Shown here piece after piece: positions 31,354 to 41,264 of a DNA stretch of 64,000 nucleotides. Source of the stretch: Hyphomicrobiales bacterium (lineage in GTDB: Bacteria; Pseudomonadota; Alphaproteobacteria; Rhizobiales; JANPGK01); NCBI GenBank assembly GCA_031423895.1, contig JANPGK010000005.1:58683-122682 (forward strand). Direction: 5' to 3'. Within the stretch, counting starts at the first letter, position 1. Each line of letters starts with the position of its first letter. Made by a program: the position numbers and the translations under genes. Below the pieces are notes generated by a model that worked only from the letters and a program-made list of their open reading frames with translations, searched no databases and was not told where the DNA came from.

Positions 31354-32655
31354 ATGACTTCATGTGAAATACCTACCAAAATTGGCTTTGATACTTTGGC
31401 CATTCATGCAGGTGCATCGCCCGACCCTGTCACGGGTGCACGCATCACGCCAATTTACCAAACCAATTCGTTTGTATTCGAGGATTCAGACCATGCCGCC
31501 GCGTTGTTTGGCCTGCAAACTTTTGGCAATATTTACACCCGCATTGGCAACCCCACGCAGGCCGTACTGGAAGAACGCGTGGCCGCGCTTGAAGGCGGCA
31601 CGGCCGCGCTGGCGCTGGCGTCTGGCCATGCGGCGGAATTTGTGGCGCTGCATACGCTTATGCACGCGGGGGATGAATTTGTGGCCGCGCGCCAGCTCTA
31701 TGGTGGCTCGATCAATCAATTCAACCATAGCTTCAAAAAATTTGATTGGCATGTCAAATGGGCCGATATCGACGATTTAAGCAGCTTTGAAGCGGCCATG
31801 TCGCCCAAAACAAAAGCCATTTTTGTGGAAAGCTTGGCGAACCCAGGCGGCGGCGTCACTGATATTGCCGGTGTTGCGGCAATTGCCAAAAAACATGGTG
31901 TGCCACTAATTGTGGATAACACCATGGCTTCGCCGTATCTCATCAAACCCATCGAACATGGCGCCGATATCGTCATTCATTCCCTCACCAAATTTATGGG
32001 TGGGCACGGCAATTCTATGGGCGGCATCATTGTGGATGCAGGCACATTCAAGTGGCTTGGCAACCCCAAATACCCATCACTTTCAGCCCCGCGGCCCGAT
32101 TATCAAGGCATCATCATCGCAGAAACCTTTGGCGATTTTGCCTTTGCCATTGCGTGCCGTGTGCTGGCCCTACGCGATTTTGGCCCCGCCATTTCACCAT
32201 TCAACGCGTTTATGATCCTTACGGGCATTGAAACGCTTGGCCTGCGCATGCAGCGCCATGTGGAAAATGCAATGGCTGTTGCGCAATTTTTGCAAGCGCA
32301 TCCTGCCGTGGCCTATGTCAATTATTCCAGCCTTCCTGGAAATACATATTACAATATGGCACAAAAATATTGTCCTAAGGGCAGCGGTGCCGTTATGACA
32401 TTTGGCCTCAAGGATGGATATGATGCTGGTGTAGCGTTTGTACAAAGCCTGAATTTATTCTCGCATTTGGCCAATATTGGCGACACACGTTCGCTGGTGA
32501 TCCACCCCGCCTCCACCACACATCGCCAACTCACAGATGAACAAAAAGTCGCGGCTGGCGCAGGGCCTGAAGTGGTGCGACTCAGTGTAGGACTCGAATC
32601 AATTGCCGATATATTGGATGATTTGCGCCAAGCGCTGCAGGCGGCAGCTGAATAA
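31354..32655 (+). CDS. metY: O-acetylhomoserine aminocarboxypropyltransferase
   Basis: IYTRIGNPT, LASGHAA, PLP Lys motif HSLTKFMGGHG, HLANIGDTRSLVIHPASTTH. Confidence 0.9.
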   Translation: MTSCEIPTKIGFDTLAIHAGASPDPVTGARITPIYQTNSFVFEDSDHAAALFGLQTFGNIYTRIGNPTQAVLEERVAALEGGTAALALASGHAAEFVALHTLMHAGDEFVAARQLYGGSINQFNHSFKKFDWHVKWADIDDLSSFEAAMSPKTKAIFVESLANPGGGVTDIAGVAAIAKKHGVPLIVDNTMASPYLIKPIEHGADIVIHSLTKFMGGHGNSMGGIIVDAGTFKWLGNPKYPSLSAPRPDYQGIIIAETFGDFAFAIACRVLALRDFGPAISPFNAFMILTGIETLGLRMQRHVENAMAVAQFLQAHPAVAYVNYSSLPGNTYYNMAQKYCPKGSGAVMTFGLKDGYDAGVAFVQSLNLFSHLANIGDTRSLVIHPASTTHRQLTDEQKVAAGAGPEVVRLSVGLESIADILDDLRQALQAAAE

Positions 32656-32686
32656 GTCACAAATTCCTCACAATCACGCCTTTATT

Positions 32687-32700
32687 TTGACGCAGATCAA
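32687..32700. promoter_or_regulatory. FNR/FixK-type box upstream of the EF-hand protein
   Basis: TTGAC-GCAG-ATCAA. Confidence 0.65.
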
Positions 32701-32765
32701 GTGAAAATAATGCTTGACAGCTATAAGATCATGTTGTCATTTGATGTAAACAAAAGGAGAACATC

Positions 32766-33377
32766 ATGCGTCGATTCACTTCAGCCTCTGCATTTTTTGG
32801 TATGGCCGCGCTAATTGCGGGCACAACCATCATCGCACATTCGCACGCTCAGCAAGCATCAGCTCCCACCACACTTCCTACTGCATGTACTGGCCAAGGG
32901 CCAGATGGCAAAGGATGTCCCAATTCTGGCCAAGGCTGGCGCAATGGTGGCGAAGGTAAAGAGGGTTATGGCCATCGTGGCGGTCGGGTTGCTGAGTATA
33001 TTAAAGAGCTCGACAAAAATAACGACGGGATCATATCCAAAGAAGAATATGATGTTGGCATGATTGAACGCTTCAAAAAAGCGGATAAGACTGGTAAAAA
33101 CCAGCTGTCGCGCGCCGATGTAGAAGCCATGGTGCGGGAACAGCTTGAAAAACAAGTGCAACGCATGAGCGACGGCATTTATCGTTACACCGACACCAAT
33201 AAAGACGGCATCATATCGAAAGATGAGTGGGATGCCTCACAAAAAGTGAGGTTTGAACGCATGGATAAAAACAAAGATGGCAAAATTGATGACACGGAAA
33301 TGAAACATCGTGGCCGTGGTCGCGGTGGTGAAGGTGATGATGAGCGTGGCAGATATGAAGGGCCAGGCAAGCGTTAA
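32766..33377 (+). CDS. Exported EF-hand calcium-binding protein
   Basis: AAGGAG RBS, signal peptide (AHA), loops DKNNDGIISKEE, DTNKDGIISKDE, DKNKDGKIDDTE. Confidence 0.85.
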   Translation: MRRFTSASAFFGMAALIAGTTIIAHSHAQQASAPTTLPTACTGQGPDGKGCPNSGQGWRNGGEGKEGYGHRGGRVAEYIKELDKNNDGIISKEEYDVGMIERFKKADKTGKNQLSRADVEAMVREQLEKQVQRMSDGIYRYTDTNKDGIISKDEWDASQKVRFERMDKNKDGKIDDTEMKHRGRGRGGEGDDERGRYEGPGKR

Positions 33378-34153
33378 ACCACTTTTGTGAACAGCCGCAG
33401 GAAATTGTCCGTTGTATGTCTGGCAAAATCTTGCGGCATTTCGCCCATAAATTCTGCTAAATAAGTGCCCGTATGTATGACAAACGCAGGCTCGTTCAAC
33501 TTTCCACGGTGTGGTGATGGCGCCAAATAGGGCGCATCGGTTTCGATCAAAATCCGATCGCGTGGCATGGTGAGAATGATGTCTCGCAACGCCCCCGATT
33601 TTGGGAATGTCGCAATGCCTGAGAGTGAAAAATAACACCCCAACTCCTTGCCACAATCGGCCAGTTTTTGACCAGAGGAATAGCAATGCAGCAGTGCTGG
33701 AAACGGCCCTTTTTTGGTTTCATGGGTGAGGATCTCAATCATGTCCTCGTCGGCGCTGCGGGCATGAATCACCAGTGGCAATTGCGTGTGGCGCGCGGCT
33801 TCAATATGCGCGATAAATTGGCGCTTTTGCAGCACCTTTGTGCTGGCATCATAGAAATAATCGAGGCCCGATTCCCCTATTCCCACCACTTTAAAATTCT
33901 GGGTGGCCGCAATGATCGCCTCAAGCTTCACATCACATTCGGTGGGTTCACTCACTTGCAGCGGGTGGGTGCCGATGGTGCAAAATACATTCGGAAATGG
34001 CTGCACCAAATCAATCAACGCCGGCACTGTGGCCATACGAGTAGAAATACTGACCAGTGTTTGCACGCCGGCAGCATGGGCGCGCGCCACCACATCGGCA
34101 ATTTCAGGCTTCAATCGTTCATCATCCAAATGGCAATGGCTATCAATCCACAT
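33374..34153 (-). CDS. tatD: TatD family hydrolase/DNase
   Basis: IDSHCHL, GTHP, IGESGLDY, VIHAR, LHCYS, LIETDAPYLAP. Confidence 0.93.
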   Translation of the reverse strand: MWIDSHCHLDDERLKPEIADVVARAHAAGVQTLVSISTRMATVPALIDLVQPFPNVFCTIGTHPLQVSEPTECDVKLEAIIAATQNFKVVGIGESGLDYFYDASTKVLQKRQFIAHIEAARHTQLPLVIHARSADEDMIEILTHETKKGPFPALLHCYSSGQKLADCGKELGCYFSLSGIATFPKSGALRDIILTMPRDRILIETDAPYLAPSPHRGKLNEPAFVIHTGTYLAEFMGEMPQDFARHTTDNFLRLFTKVV

Positions 34154-34288
34154 GTGCGCCTCATTCTTGATGGGTGCATCTCATATTTTGAGCCCAAATA
34201 CCACAATTCTTTTGCGCCGCGCACCTTTTCGCTTGAAGCTGGCGCGGCATTCATGCCAATACACTGATAGAAACTATAGGGGAACACA

Positions 34289-34819
34289 ATGGCAGGCAGC
34301 GTAAATAAAGTGATTTTGGTGGGCAATGTTGGGCGCGACCCTGAAGTGCGCCACATGGCCGATGGCAGCCCAATTGTGAATTTGTCGATTGCCACATCCG
34401 AAAGCTGGAAGGACCGCAACTCAGGCGAACGCAAGGAAAAAACCGAATGGCACCGCGTGGTTATTTTCAATAAGAATATTGCTGATGTCGTTCAAAAATA
34501 TGTCAAAAAGGGCTCGAAGCTCTACATTGAAGGCGCCTTGCAAACCCGTAAATGGACTGACCAGAATGGCGTTGAAAAATATTCCACTGAAATTGTGATC
34601 CAACAATATAACGGCACACTCACTTTACTCGATAATGCGAATAACAATCGCGGAGACGATTCTGGTGGCTTCAATGACGACCCTATGAACTCCTATCTTA
34701 ATGCACCAAATTCTGAGGCCTCATCCTATTCAGGTGGCAGCAGCTATAATGCAAAACCAGCGGCCGCTGGCGCGTCCAAAAAAATGTCTGAAATTCTCGA
34801 TGACGACATCCCGTTCTAG
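34289..34819 (+). CDS. ssb: Single-stranded DNA-binding protein
   Basis: [25 protein letters not shown], acidic tail DDDIPF. Confidence 0.98.
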   Translation: MAGSVNKVILVGNVGRDPEVRHMADGSPIVNLSIATSESWKDRNSGERKEKTEWHRVVIFNKNIADVVQKYVKKGSKLYIEGALQTRKWTDQNGVEKYSTEIVIQQYNGTLTLLDNANNNRGDDSGGFNDDPMNSYLNAPNSEASSYSGGSSYNAKPAAAGASKKMSEILDDDIPF

Positions 34820-34855
34820 AATGCTCATCAGAATTCAAAACTTGGCAAGCGACCG

Positions 34856-34920
34856 CGCCACGTTTTAAGTTACGCTTCGCGGTTCGCTATCGCTCTTGCC
34901 AATGTTTCAAAAACATTGGG
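34856..34920 (+). repeat. Dispersed repeat family D, copy 1
   Basis: CCAcGTTTT..TACGCTTCGCGGTTCGCTATCGCTC then hairpin CCAATGTTT-CAA-AAACATTGG. Related copies at 57369 and 63720. Confidence 0.75.
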
Positions 34921-34940
34921 TCTATCAATTAAGGCAAACT

Positions 34941-36764
34941 ATGTGCGGTATTGTTGGCATTTTGGGCACATCGCCCGTCGCTATGAACTTGGTTGATGCG
35001 TTGCGTCGGCTGGAATATCGCGGCTATGATTCTGCCGGAATCGCCACTCTGTCTCATGGTTGCATTGCTCGTGCGCGCGCTGAAGGCAAAATCCGCAATT
35101 TGGAACAAAAACTACTTCAATCCCCGATTGATGGCAGTTGCGGCATTGCACACACACGCTGGGCAACGCATGGCAAACCCACCGAGGAAAATGCCCACCC
35201 CCACGTTACGGCACGCGTGGCTGTGGTGCATAATGGAATTATTGAGAATTTTCGTGAATTGCGCACACAGCTTGAAGCTCAAGGGGCTATATTCACCTCG
35301 CAAACAGATACGGAAACTGTGCTGCATCTGGTTGATCGCGCGCTGCAAAATGGCATGAACCCAGTTGATGCCGTGAAAACCACCCTGCCCCAATTGCGTG
35401 GCGCATTTGCCTTAGTATTCATTTTTGCAGATCATGATAATTTGATGATTGGCGCGCGCAAAGGCAGCCCGCTGGCCATTGGCTTTGGCGAAAATGAGAT
35501 GTTTTTGGGCAGTGACGCCATAGCATTAGCGCCCCTCACCCATAATATTTGTTATCTTGAAGAGGGTGATTGGTGCGTGCTGACCCGCACATCCTGTACA
35601 ATTTTTGACGAACACAACGCACCCGTGCAGCGCCCAACTATTACTGTTCCTGCCCATTCGATGTTGGTGGAAAAAGGCAATTACCGCCATTATATGCTCA
35701 AAGAAATTCATGTGCAGCCCGAGGTGATTGGCCACACCTTCCGCCATTATGTGAATTTTGCCGGCGGCACCATCGATCTTGCCCCCGATGTGGTGGACGC
35801 ACTGAAGTCGGCCAGTCGCATTGTGATTTCGGCCTGTGGCACTGCCTATTATGCGGGGCTGGTGGCGCGCTATTGGTTTGAGCACTATGCCAAATTGCCA
35901 GTGGATATTGATATTGCCTCGGAATTTCGCTATCGCGAGCCGCCACTCGACCCTAACTCTGTGGCGCTGGTCATCTCACAATCAGGCGAAACGGCCGATA
36001 CGCTGGCGGCGCTGCGTATGTTCAAAGCGGCAGGGCTCAAAACGGGTGCCGTGGTGAATGTGCACACATCCTCGATGGCGCGCGAGGCGCATTTTACAGT
36101 GCCCACCTTTGCAGGGCCTGAAATTGGTGTGGCCTCCACAAAAGCCTTCACTTGCCAATTGGCCGCATTGGCCAGTTTAGTTGTGGGCGTGGCACGCTTG
36201 CGCGGCACCATTACCCCCGCGCAAGAACAAGAGATTGTGGCCGCATTTGCCGAATTACCGCGCCTCATCAATGCTGCATTGAAGTTGGAACCAGAGATTG
36301 AAAAGCTCTCACATCTTCTCGATAAAGCTACCGATGTACTCTATCTCGGGCGCGGCGTGAGCTTCCCCATTGCGATGGAGGGCGCGCTCAAACTCAAAGA
36401 AATTTCCTATATCCATGCCGAAGGATATGCAGCGGGCGAGTTAAAACATGGGCCAATTGCGCTCATTGATGATACGCTGCCCGTGATTGTAGTGGCGCCA
36501 TTTGATGAGCTTTTTGAAAAAACGCTTTCCAACATGCAAGAAGTGGCCGCGCGCGGCGGGAAAATCATATTATTGACCAATGAAAATGGCGCGCACCACG
36601 CGGGCGATATTTTCAGCACATTAGTTTTGCCGAACGCCCACCCAATTCTAGCGCCTTTCATTTGCACAGTGCCCATTCAATTGCTGGCCTATTACACCGC
36701 CGTGCAGCGCGGCACCGACGTTGACCAACCCCGCAATTTGGCCAAATCAGTCACAGTCGAATAA
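34941..36764 (+). CDS. glmS: Glutamine--fructose-6-phosphate transaminase
   Basis: MCGIVG, LEYRGYDSAG, AHTRWATHG, SQSGETADT, DQPRNLAKSVTVE. Confidence 0.98.
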   Translation: MCGIVGILGTSPVAMNLVDALRRLEYRGYDSAGIATLSHGCIARARAEGKIRNLEQKLLQSPIDGSCGIAHTRWATHGKPTEENAHPHVTARVAVVHNGIIENFRELRTQLEAQGAIFTSQTDTETVLHLVDRALQNGMNPVDAVKTTLPQLRGAFALVFIFADHDNLMIGARKGSPLAIGFGENEMFLGSDAIALAPLTHNICYLEEGDWCVLTRTSCTIFDEHNAPVQRPTITVPAHSMLVEKGNYRHYMLKEIHVQPEVIGHTFRHYVNFAGGTIDLAPDVVDALKSASRIVISACGTAYYAGLVARYWFEHYAKLPVDIDIASEFRYREPPLDPNSVALVISQSGETADTLAALRMFKAAGLKTGAVVNVHTSSMAREAHFTVPTFAGPEIGVASTKAFTCQLAALASLVVGVARLRGTITPAQEQEIVAAFAELPRLINAALKLEPEIEKLSHLLDKATDVLYLGRGVSFPIAMEGALKLKEISYIHAEGYAAGELKHGPIALIDDTLPVIVVAPFDELFEKTLSNMQEVAARGGKIILLTNENGAHHAGDIFSTLVLPNAHPILAPFICTVPIQLLAYYTAVQRGTDVDQPRNLAKSVTVE

Positions 36765-36814
36765 TCACTGCCGCGCTGAGTTTTCTGGCCGTTCGGGGTA
36801 AACCCTCACGACAT

Positions 36815-36870
36815 GCGGCACCGACGTTGACCAACCCCGCAATTTGGCCAAATCGGTGACAGTGGAATAA
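36815..36870 (+). repeat. 56-bp direct duplicate of the glmS 3' end (36709-36764)
   Basis: Identical except three synonymous third-position changes (TCA>TCG, GTC>GTG, GTC>GTG). Confidence 0.92.
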
Positions 36871-36966
36871 CTGTACTTTTTAACGAACGAATTGATTGAC
36901 ATAGCACTCCATATATTTTATATAGAACGATATAAGGTATCTTCCTTTCTTATCATTCGGCTATCA

Positions 36967-37623
36967 ATGTTAATAATTTCAGCACTCCAAAAATCTCGCA
37001 TTCCATACTCAAACCTGATTTTCTTCACGGGTGCTGTGGCATCAAATTATTGCGGCTATCTTTCAGGTGAGGCGGAGCACAACCAAAATCGCCAAGATGC
37101 CGCGGTCAAATTTATGACGGCAAACGGTGCCGCATTGGCGGGCAGCGCGCTTGGTGCACTCACTGGCATTCAAGATATTACTGCGTTGAGCGGCGCATTT
37201 GCCAAAATTTTTAAACTTTCCGGCGCGGGTGCAAATGTCAGTTCTCCTGGTCAAGACAAAGCTAGAGAGGCAAAACCTAACCAAAAGAAACGCAACCCCA
37301 TTTTTGAAAGCATCAAAGTATGGGCGCAAACCGTGCGCGACGCCACACAAGTTGCGTGCATGTTGGGGCTTATGCCCAAATTTTGCAAACCATTTTCAAA
37401 ACTTGTGATGACCATTTCTCAAATCATCATTCCGCTTGGCTATATGGGGGACGGCATTCTCAATAAAGACAAATATATGTTTGCTGCGGGTGTTTGCCAT
37501 GTAGTGGGCATTCCATTTGCCGCGCATTTGCATAAGGTTGATAATTTGCCGCGTTATTTGCACGGAAAATTACCAATATTGCGCACGCAGCTGCAACCCG
37601 TTTTTGCGCGTTTCCAACGCTAG
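36967..37623 (+). CDS. Orphan membrane-associated protein
   Basis: TTGACA-17-TATATA promoter upstream; ATG at 36967; several hydrophobic Gly/Ala-rich segments. Confidence 0.6.
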   Translation: MLIISALQKSRIPYSNLIFFTGAVASNYCGYLSGEAEHNQNRQDAAVKFMTANGAALAGSALGALTGIQDITALSGAFAKIFKLSGAGANVSSPGQDKAREAKPNQKKRNPIFESIKVWAQTVRDATQVACMLGLMPKFCKPFSKLVMTISQIIIPLGYMGDGILNKDKYMFAAGVCHVVGIPFAAHLHKVDNLPRYLHGKLPILRTQLQPVFARFQR

Positions 37624-37721
37624 AGAATTCAAGCGATGGTTATGATTGCCCATAATCCATGTCCTTGATTTTTTCACAACAATATGTGCATAAAGCGCCA
37701 TCAACGTGATTTGAGGACATT

Positions 37722-38853
37722 ATGCGCGCAGATTTACAAAATATGGTCGACGACATTCGCCAATCCATGAGCCTTGTGCGGAGGTTTCTTTGACTGGGAT
37801 GCCACAACCAAGCGCCTTGCCGAGCTGAATGAGGCGGCTGAAGATCCAAATCTGTGGGATGACCCCACGGCAGCGCAGAAAATGCTGAAGGAGCGCCAGC
37901 GCTATGAAAGCAATATCACAGGTGTGTTGACACTTGAAAAAGACCTCGCCGATGCGATCGACCTGATTGAATTGGCAGAGATGGAAGGCGAAACTGAACT
38001 GTTAGACGATGCGCAAAAGACATTGAAAATATTGCATAAAACGGCAGGTACGCGCCAAGCCGAAGCGCTGCTTTCAGGTGAAGCCGATGGCAATGATGCC
38101 TATTTGGAAATTCACCCTGGCGCGGGCGGCACCGAAAGCCAAGACTGGGCCAGTATTATGCTGCGCATGTATGTGCGTTGGGCGGAACGCTCAAAATATA
38201 AGGTAGAGATTATTGAGGAACAAGCGGGCGAGGAAGCGGGCATTAAATCCGCCACCATTTTGGTGAAGGGTCTGAATTCTTATGGCAAGTTGAAAACAGA
38301 ATCGGGCGTTCATCGCTTGGTGCGCATTTCGCCGTTCGACAGCAACGCCCGCCGCCACACCAGTTTCTCCAGCGTGTGGGTATACCCCGTGGTGGACGAT
38401 AATATTGAGGTGAATATTGCGGAATCCGAATGCCGGATTGATACCTACCGCGCGTCTGGCGCAGGGGGGCAGCATGTGAATACCACCGATTCTGCGGTGC
38501 GGATTACCCACTTGCCCACGGGCATTATGGTATCGTGCCAAATGGGGCGCTCGCAGCACAAAAATAAAGAAACCGCATGGCAAATGCTGCGCGCACGGAT
38601 TTATGAGATGGAGCTGAAAAAGCGTGAAGATGCTGCCAATGCGCAAAACGCCAGCAAGTCGGAAAATGGCTGGGGGCACCAAATCCGCTCCTATGTGATG
38701 CAGCCCTACCAAATGGTGAAGGATTTGCGCACGGGCGTGGTGTCGTCCAGCCCATCTGATGTGCAAGATGGTGATTTGGATGCGTTTATTGAAGCCGCGC
38801 TGGCCTATCGTGTGACAGGCCAAAAAGTGGGCGATACATCCGACGTTGATTAA
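37722..38853 (+). CDS. prfB: Peptide chain release factor 2 with programmed +1 frameshift
   Basis: [23 protein letters not shown] then CTT-TGA-C at 37788-37794 with internal CGGAGG SD. Downstream DWD..., SPF and GGQ motifs. Confidence 0.97.
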
Positions 38854-40019
38854 TCGTCAACACCGCTTGATAAGCCGCGATTGCCGAGTTTGCCTTTAAG
38901 TGCGCGCAGCTTTTGCGCCAATTGCCAAAGGGTTTTTGAGGCTTTAATGCGATGTTTTAGGCTGCGTTTGACATGTGTTGCCACAGCAAATGCTAGCCCT
39001 TTGAGTGAAACCGGCACTAAAATTGAGCACATAGGCATGGAATATTTCAGCCATGTGTGTTTATAGCGTGCATCTCCCGCGCCAAGATCAAACATATGCA
39101 CACCACTCTTGCAATACATCTCGATCTCGTGCCGCAATAGCACCAAACCTGGGTGGATCACATTCTCAAATCGTGGGTCAATTGCGTTGAACATACCCGC
39201 ATTATGGTGCGTGCCTGAAAGGCTTGAGGTCACGGCGATCACTTCACCATTGAGCGACAGTCCAAATAATCGCACATATGGGCTACGATCATCACGGTGC
39301 GTCATCTCTAAATTGCGGATAAAGCTTTGAATTTCAACATTATCAAATGTGGAGGCAATGCCTTTTCTGGCCAACCGCTGCGGTTTCATTTCATAAAAGC
39401 GCCGCAAAATCAGGGCGCGATCTTGTGGCGTTGTTGCTTCAAAACACTGCCATTCGCCTAATTTTGAAATGGCGGCCATTTGCTTGCGATCGCGCTTTGC
39501 GCCCGACCCCACACGCGTTATTTGCACCAGTGCCTGAAAATCGGGCGTCAACGGTGTATACAGCAGATCTTCGTATGTACAAAACCCTGCCAATTTTGGG
39601 AGTGGATTGACCGCACCAGCATATTCGAGCAATTGCCGCTCACAATCAAACACATCAATACCATGCTGGCGCGCGCATTGGCGCAATACAAACTGCAATT
39701 CCTCAATCGCGCTGGCACTCCACTCAAATGGGTGCAGTGCAATGGGCATATAATAATTGGCGTGACTTTCCCCAATCAACTGCGCGCACACAAAGCCGCA
39801 CATTTTAACACGCTCTAATGCGATGAATACGCACGCATCATCATCTTCATGAATGAGAATGCCTAAAAATTGACGGTCATGGTCACCGCTATAGGCCTCG
39901 CACCATGCCTGTGCCCATTCCAAATATGCATAAGGCGCAACCGCGCCAATGCGTGGCAAAGCTTCGATTGCTGCGCGTGCATCGGCAACTGTTGTGAATG
40001 TGGTGAAGTGAAACGCCAT
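38850..40019 (-). CDS. CelD/BcsL-like GNAT acetyltransferase
   Basis: C-terminal [11 protein letters not shown]...[26 protein letters not shown]. Confidence 0.8.
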   Translation of the reverse strand: MAFHFTTFTTVADARAAIEALPRIGAVAPYAYLEWAQAWCEAYSGDHDRQFLGILIHEDDDACVFIALERVKMCGFVCAQLIGESHANYYMPIALHPFEWSASAIEELQFVLRQCARQHGIDVFDCERQLLEYAGAVNPLPKLAGFCTYEDLLYTPLTPDFQALVQITRVGSGAKRDRKQMAAISKLGEWQCFEATTPQDRALILRRFYEMKPQRLARKGIASTFDNVEIQSFIRNLEMTHRDDRSPYVRLFGLSLNGEVIAVTSSLSGTHHNAGMFNAIDPRFENVIHPGLVLLRHEIEMYCKSGVHMFDLGAGDARYKHTWLKYSMPMCSILVPVSLKGLAFAVATHVKRSLKHRIKASKTLWQLAQKLRALKGKLGNRGLSSGVDD

Positions 40020-40081
40020 GGAACATGATATTAAGAAACAAATCCTAATATACATAAAATACAATTCGTATCACGAAAAGA

Positions 40082-41131
40082 GTGTTTCTTATGACGATTA
40101 CGAAATATGATCTGATCCATACCGCGCTGCAAATGGCGCATAAATCTGGCATTCCTTGGCTGTTATCGCCTGTTTTGGGCGGCATTGGTGCCATTGTTAC
40201 ATTGCATCATGTGCGGCCGTTAGTTGCGCATGAATTTGCACCAAACCGAATTTTAGAAATCACACCCGATTTTTTGGGTGAATTGATTCTGGCACTCAAA
40301 TTTGAGGGCTATCATTTCGTGAGCATGGATGAAATGGCGCACGCCATTGAGGCGGGAAACTCCACACGCAATGGCCGCTTGATCGCCTTCACGCTTGATG
40401 ATGGCTATCGCGATAATGTGCAACATGCACTGCCCATTTTTGAAACCTTCAAAGTGCCGTTTTGCCAATATATCCCCACGGCATTTCCGGCGGGTGATGG
40501 GGTGCTGTGGTGGCTGGCGCTGGAAGAGATCATCCGCAATTGCGAGCAGTTTACATTTTCAACGCATGGGAAGCCTGTCACACTACCCTGCACAACTCTT
40601 GCTGAAAAACACACGGCATGGGACGCGGTGTATATGGATTTGAAAACGCTTAACGAGGCGCAATTGGCGCAAATGCTGGCGGAAATATTCCAAACCTATG
40701 GGTTTGATGCGCGCGCGCATTGCCAAAAATTCATCCTGTCATGGCCAGAATTGCAGCAATTGGCACACCACCCGCTGTGCACATTGGGCGCACATACGGT
40801 GCACCATGTTGCCCTCAAGCGCTGTGGCGATGCGCAGGCACTTGAGGAAATGGTGGCCAGCGCGGGAATGCTTGAACATCATACTGGAAAACGCCCTGTG
40901 CATTTTGCCTACCCTTATGGCGGCGCGCTGGATGTGGATGCACGCAGCTATAATTTGGCGCGTCAAGCGGGGTTTACTACCGCCGTGACGACTAACCCTG
41001 GCGTGATCACCCCCGCGCATGCAAAGCGCATGATGCACCTACCGCGAATCTCGGTGAACGGTTTATTTCAAAATGTAATGGAAATGAGCACGCTTATTTC
41101 AGGTTTTCCTGTTAGGCTATTGAATAACTGA
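40082..41131 (+). CDS. Polysaccharide deacetylase (NodB homology domain)
   Basis: TLHHV, FTLDDGYRDN, LGAHTVHH, HFAYPYG, LPRISV. Confidence 0.9.
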   Translation: MFLMTITKYDLIHTALQMAHKSGIPWLLSPVLGGIGAIVTLHHVRPLVAHEFAPNRILEITPDFLGELILALKFEGYHFVSMDEMAHAIEAGNSTRNGRLIAFTLDDGYRDNVQHALPIFETFKVPFCQYIPTAFPAGDGVLWWLALEEIIRNCEQFTFSTHGKPVTLPCTTLAEKHTAWDAVYMDLKTLNEAQLAQMLAEIFQTYGFDARAHCQKFILSWPELQQLAHHPLCTLGAHTVHHVALKRCGDAQALEEMVASAGMLEHHTGKRPVHFAYPYGGALDVDARSYNLARQAGFTTAVTTNPGVITPAHAKRMMHLPRISVNGLFQNVMEMSTLISGFPVRLLNN

Positions 41132-41264
41132 GGAACAAATTTCTTCAGTTGTGAACCATCAGCGGGAGCGGCCCTCACTTTGAACGGGAGGGAACATTAT
41201 GGGGGCTGCTCTACGCGCGATTTCCACTACGTCATAATTCAGCACCAGATGGCAGGAGGCCAGC

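Noticed and set aside
36765-36900. Tn7 insertion downstream of glmS
   Set aside because: No tns genes and no TGT...ACA ends with repeated TnsB sites; only the glmS-end duplication is supported.
37788-37794. In-frame stop in prfB
   Set aside because: This is the canonical autoregulatory +1 frameshift, not a pseudogene or a novelty.
41120-41170. Fluoride (crcB) riboswitch-like GATGG...AACTG...CAGTT on the minus strand
   Set aside because: It lacks the 3' GATGAC/pseudoknot segment and would point antisense into the deacetylase gene.
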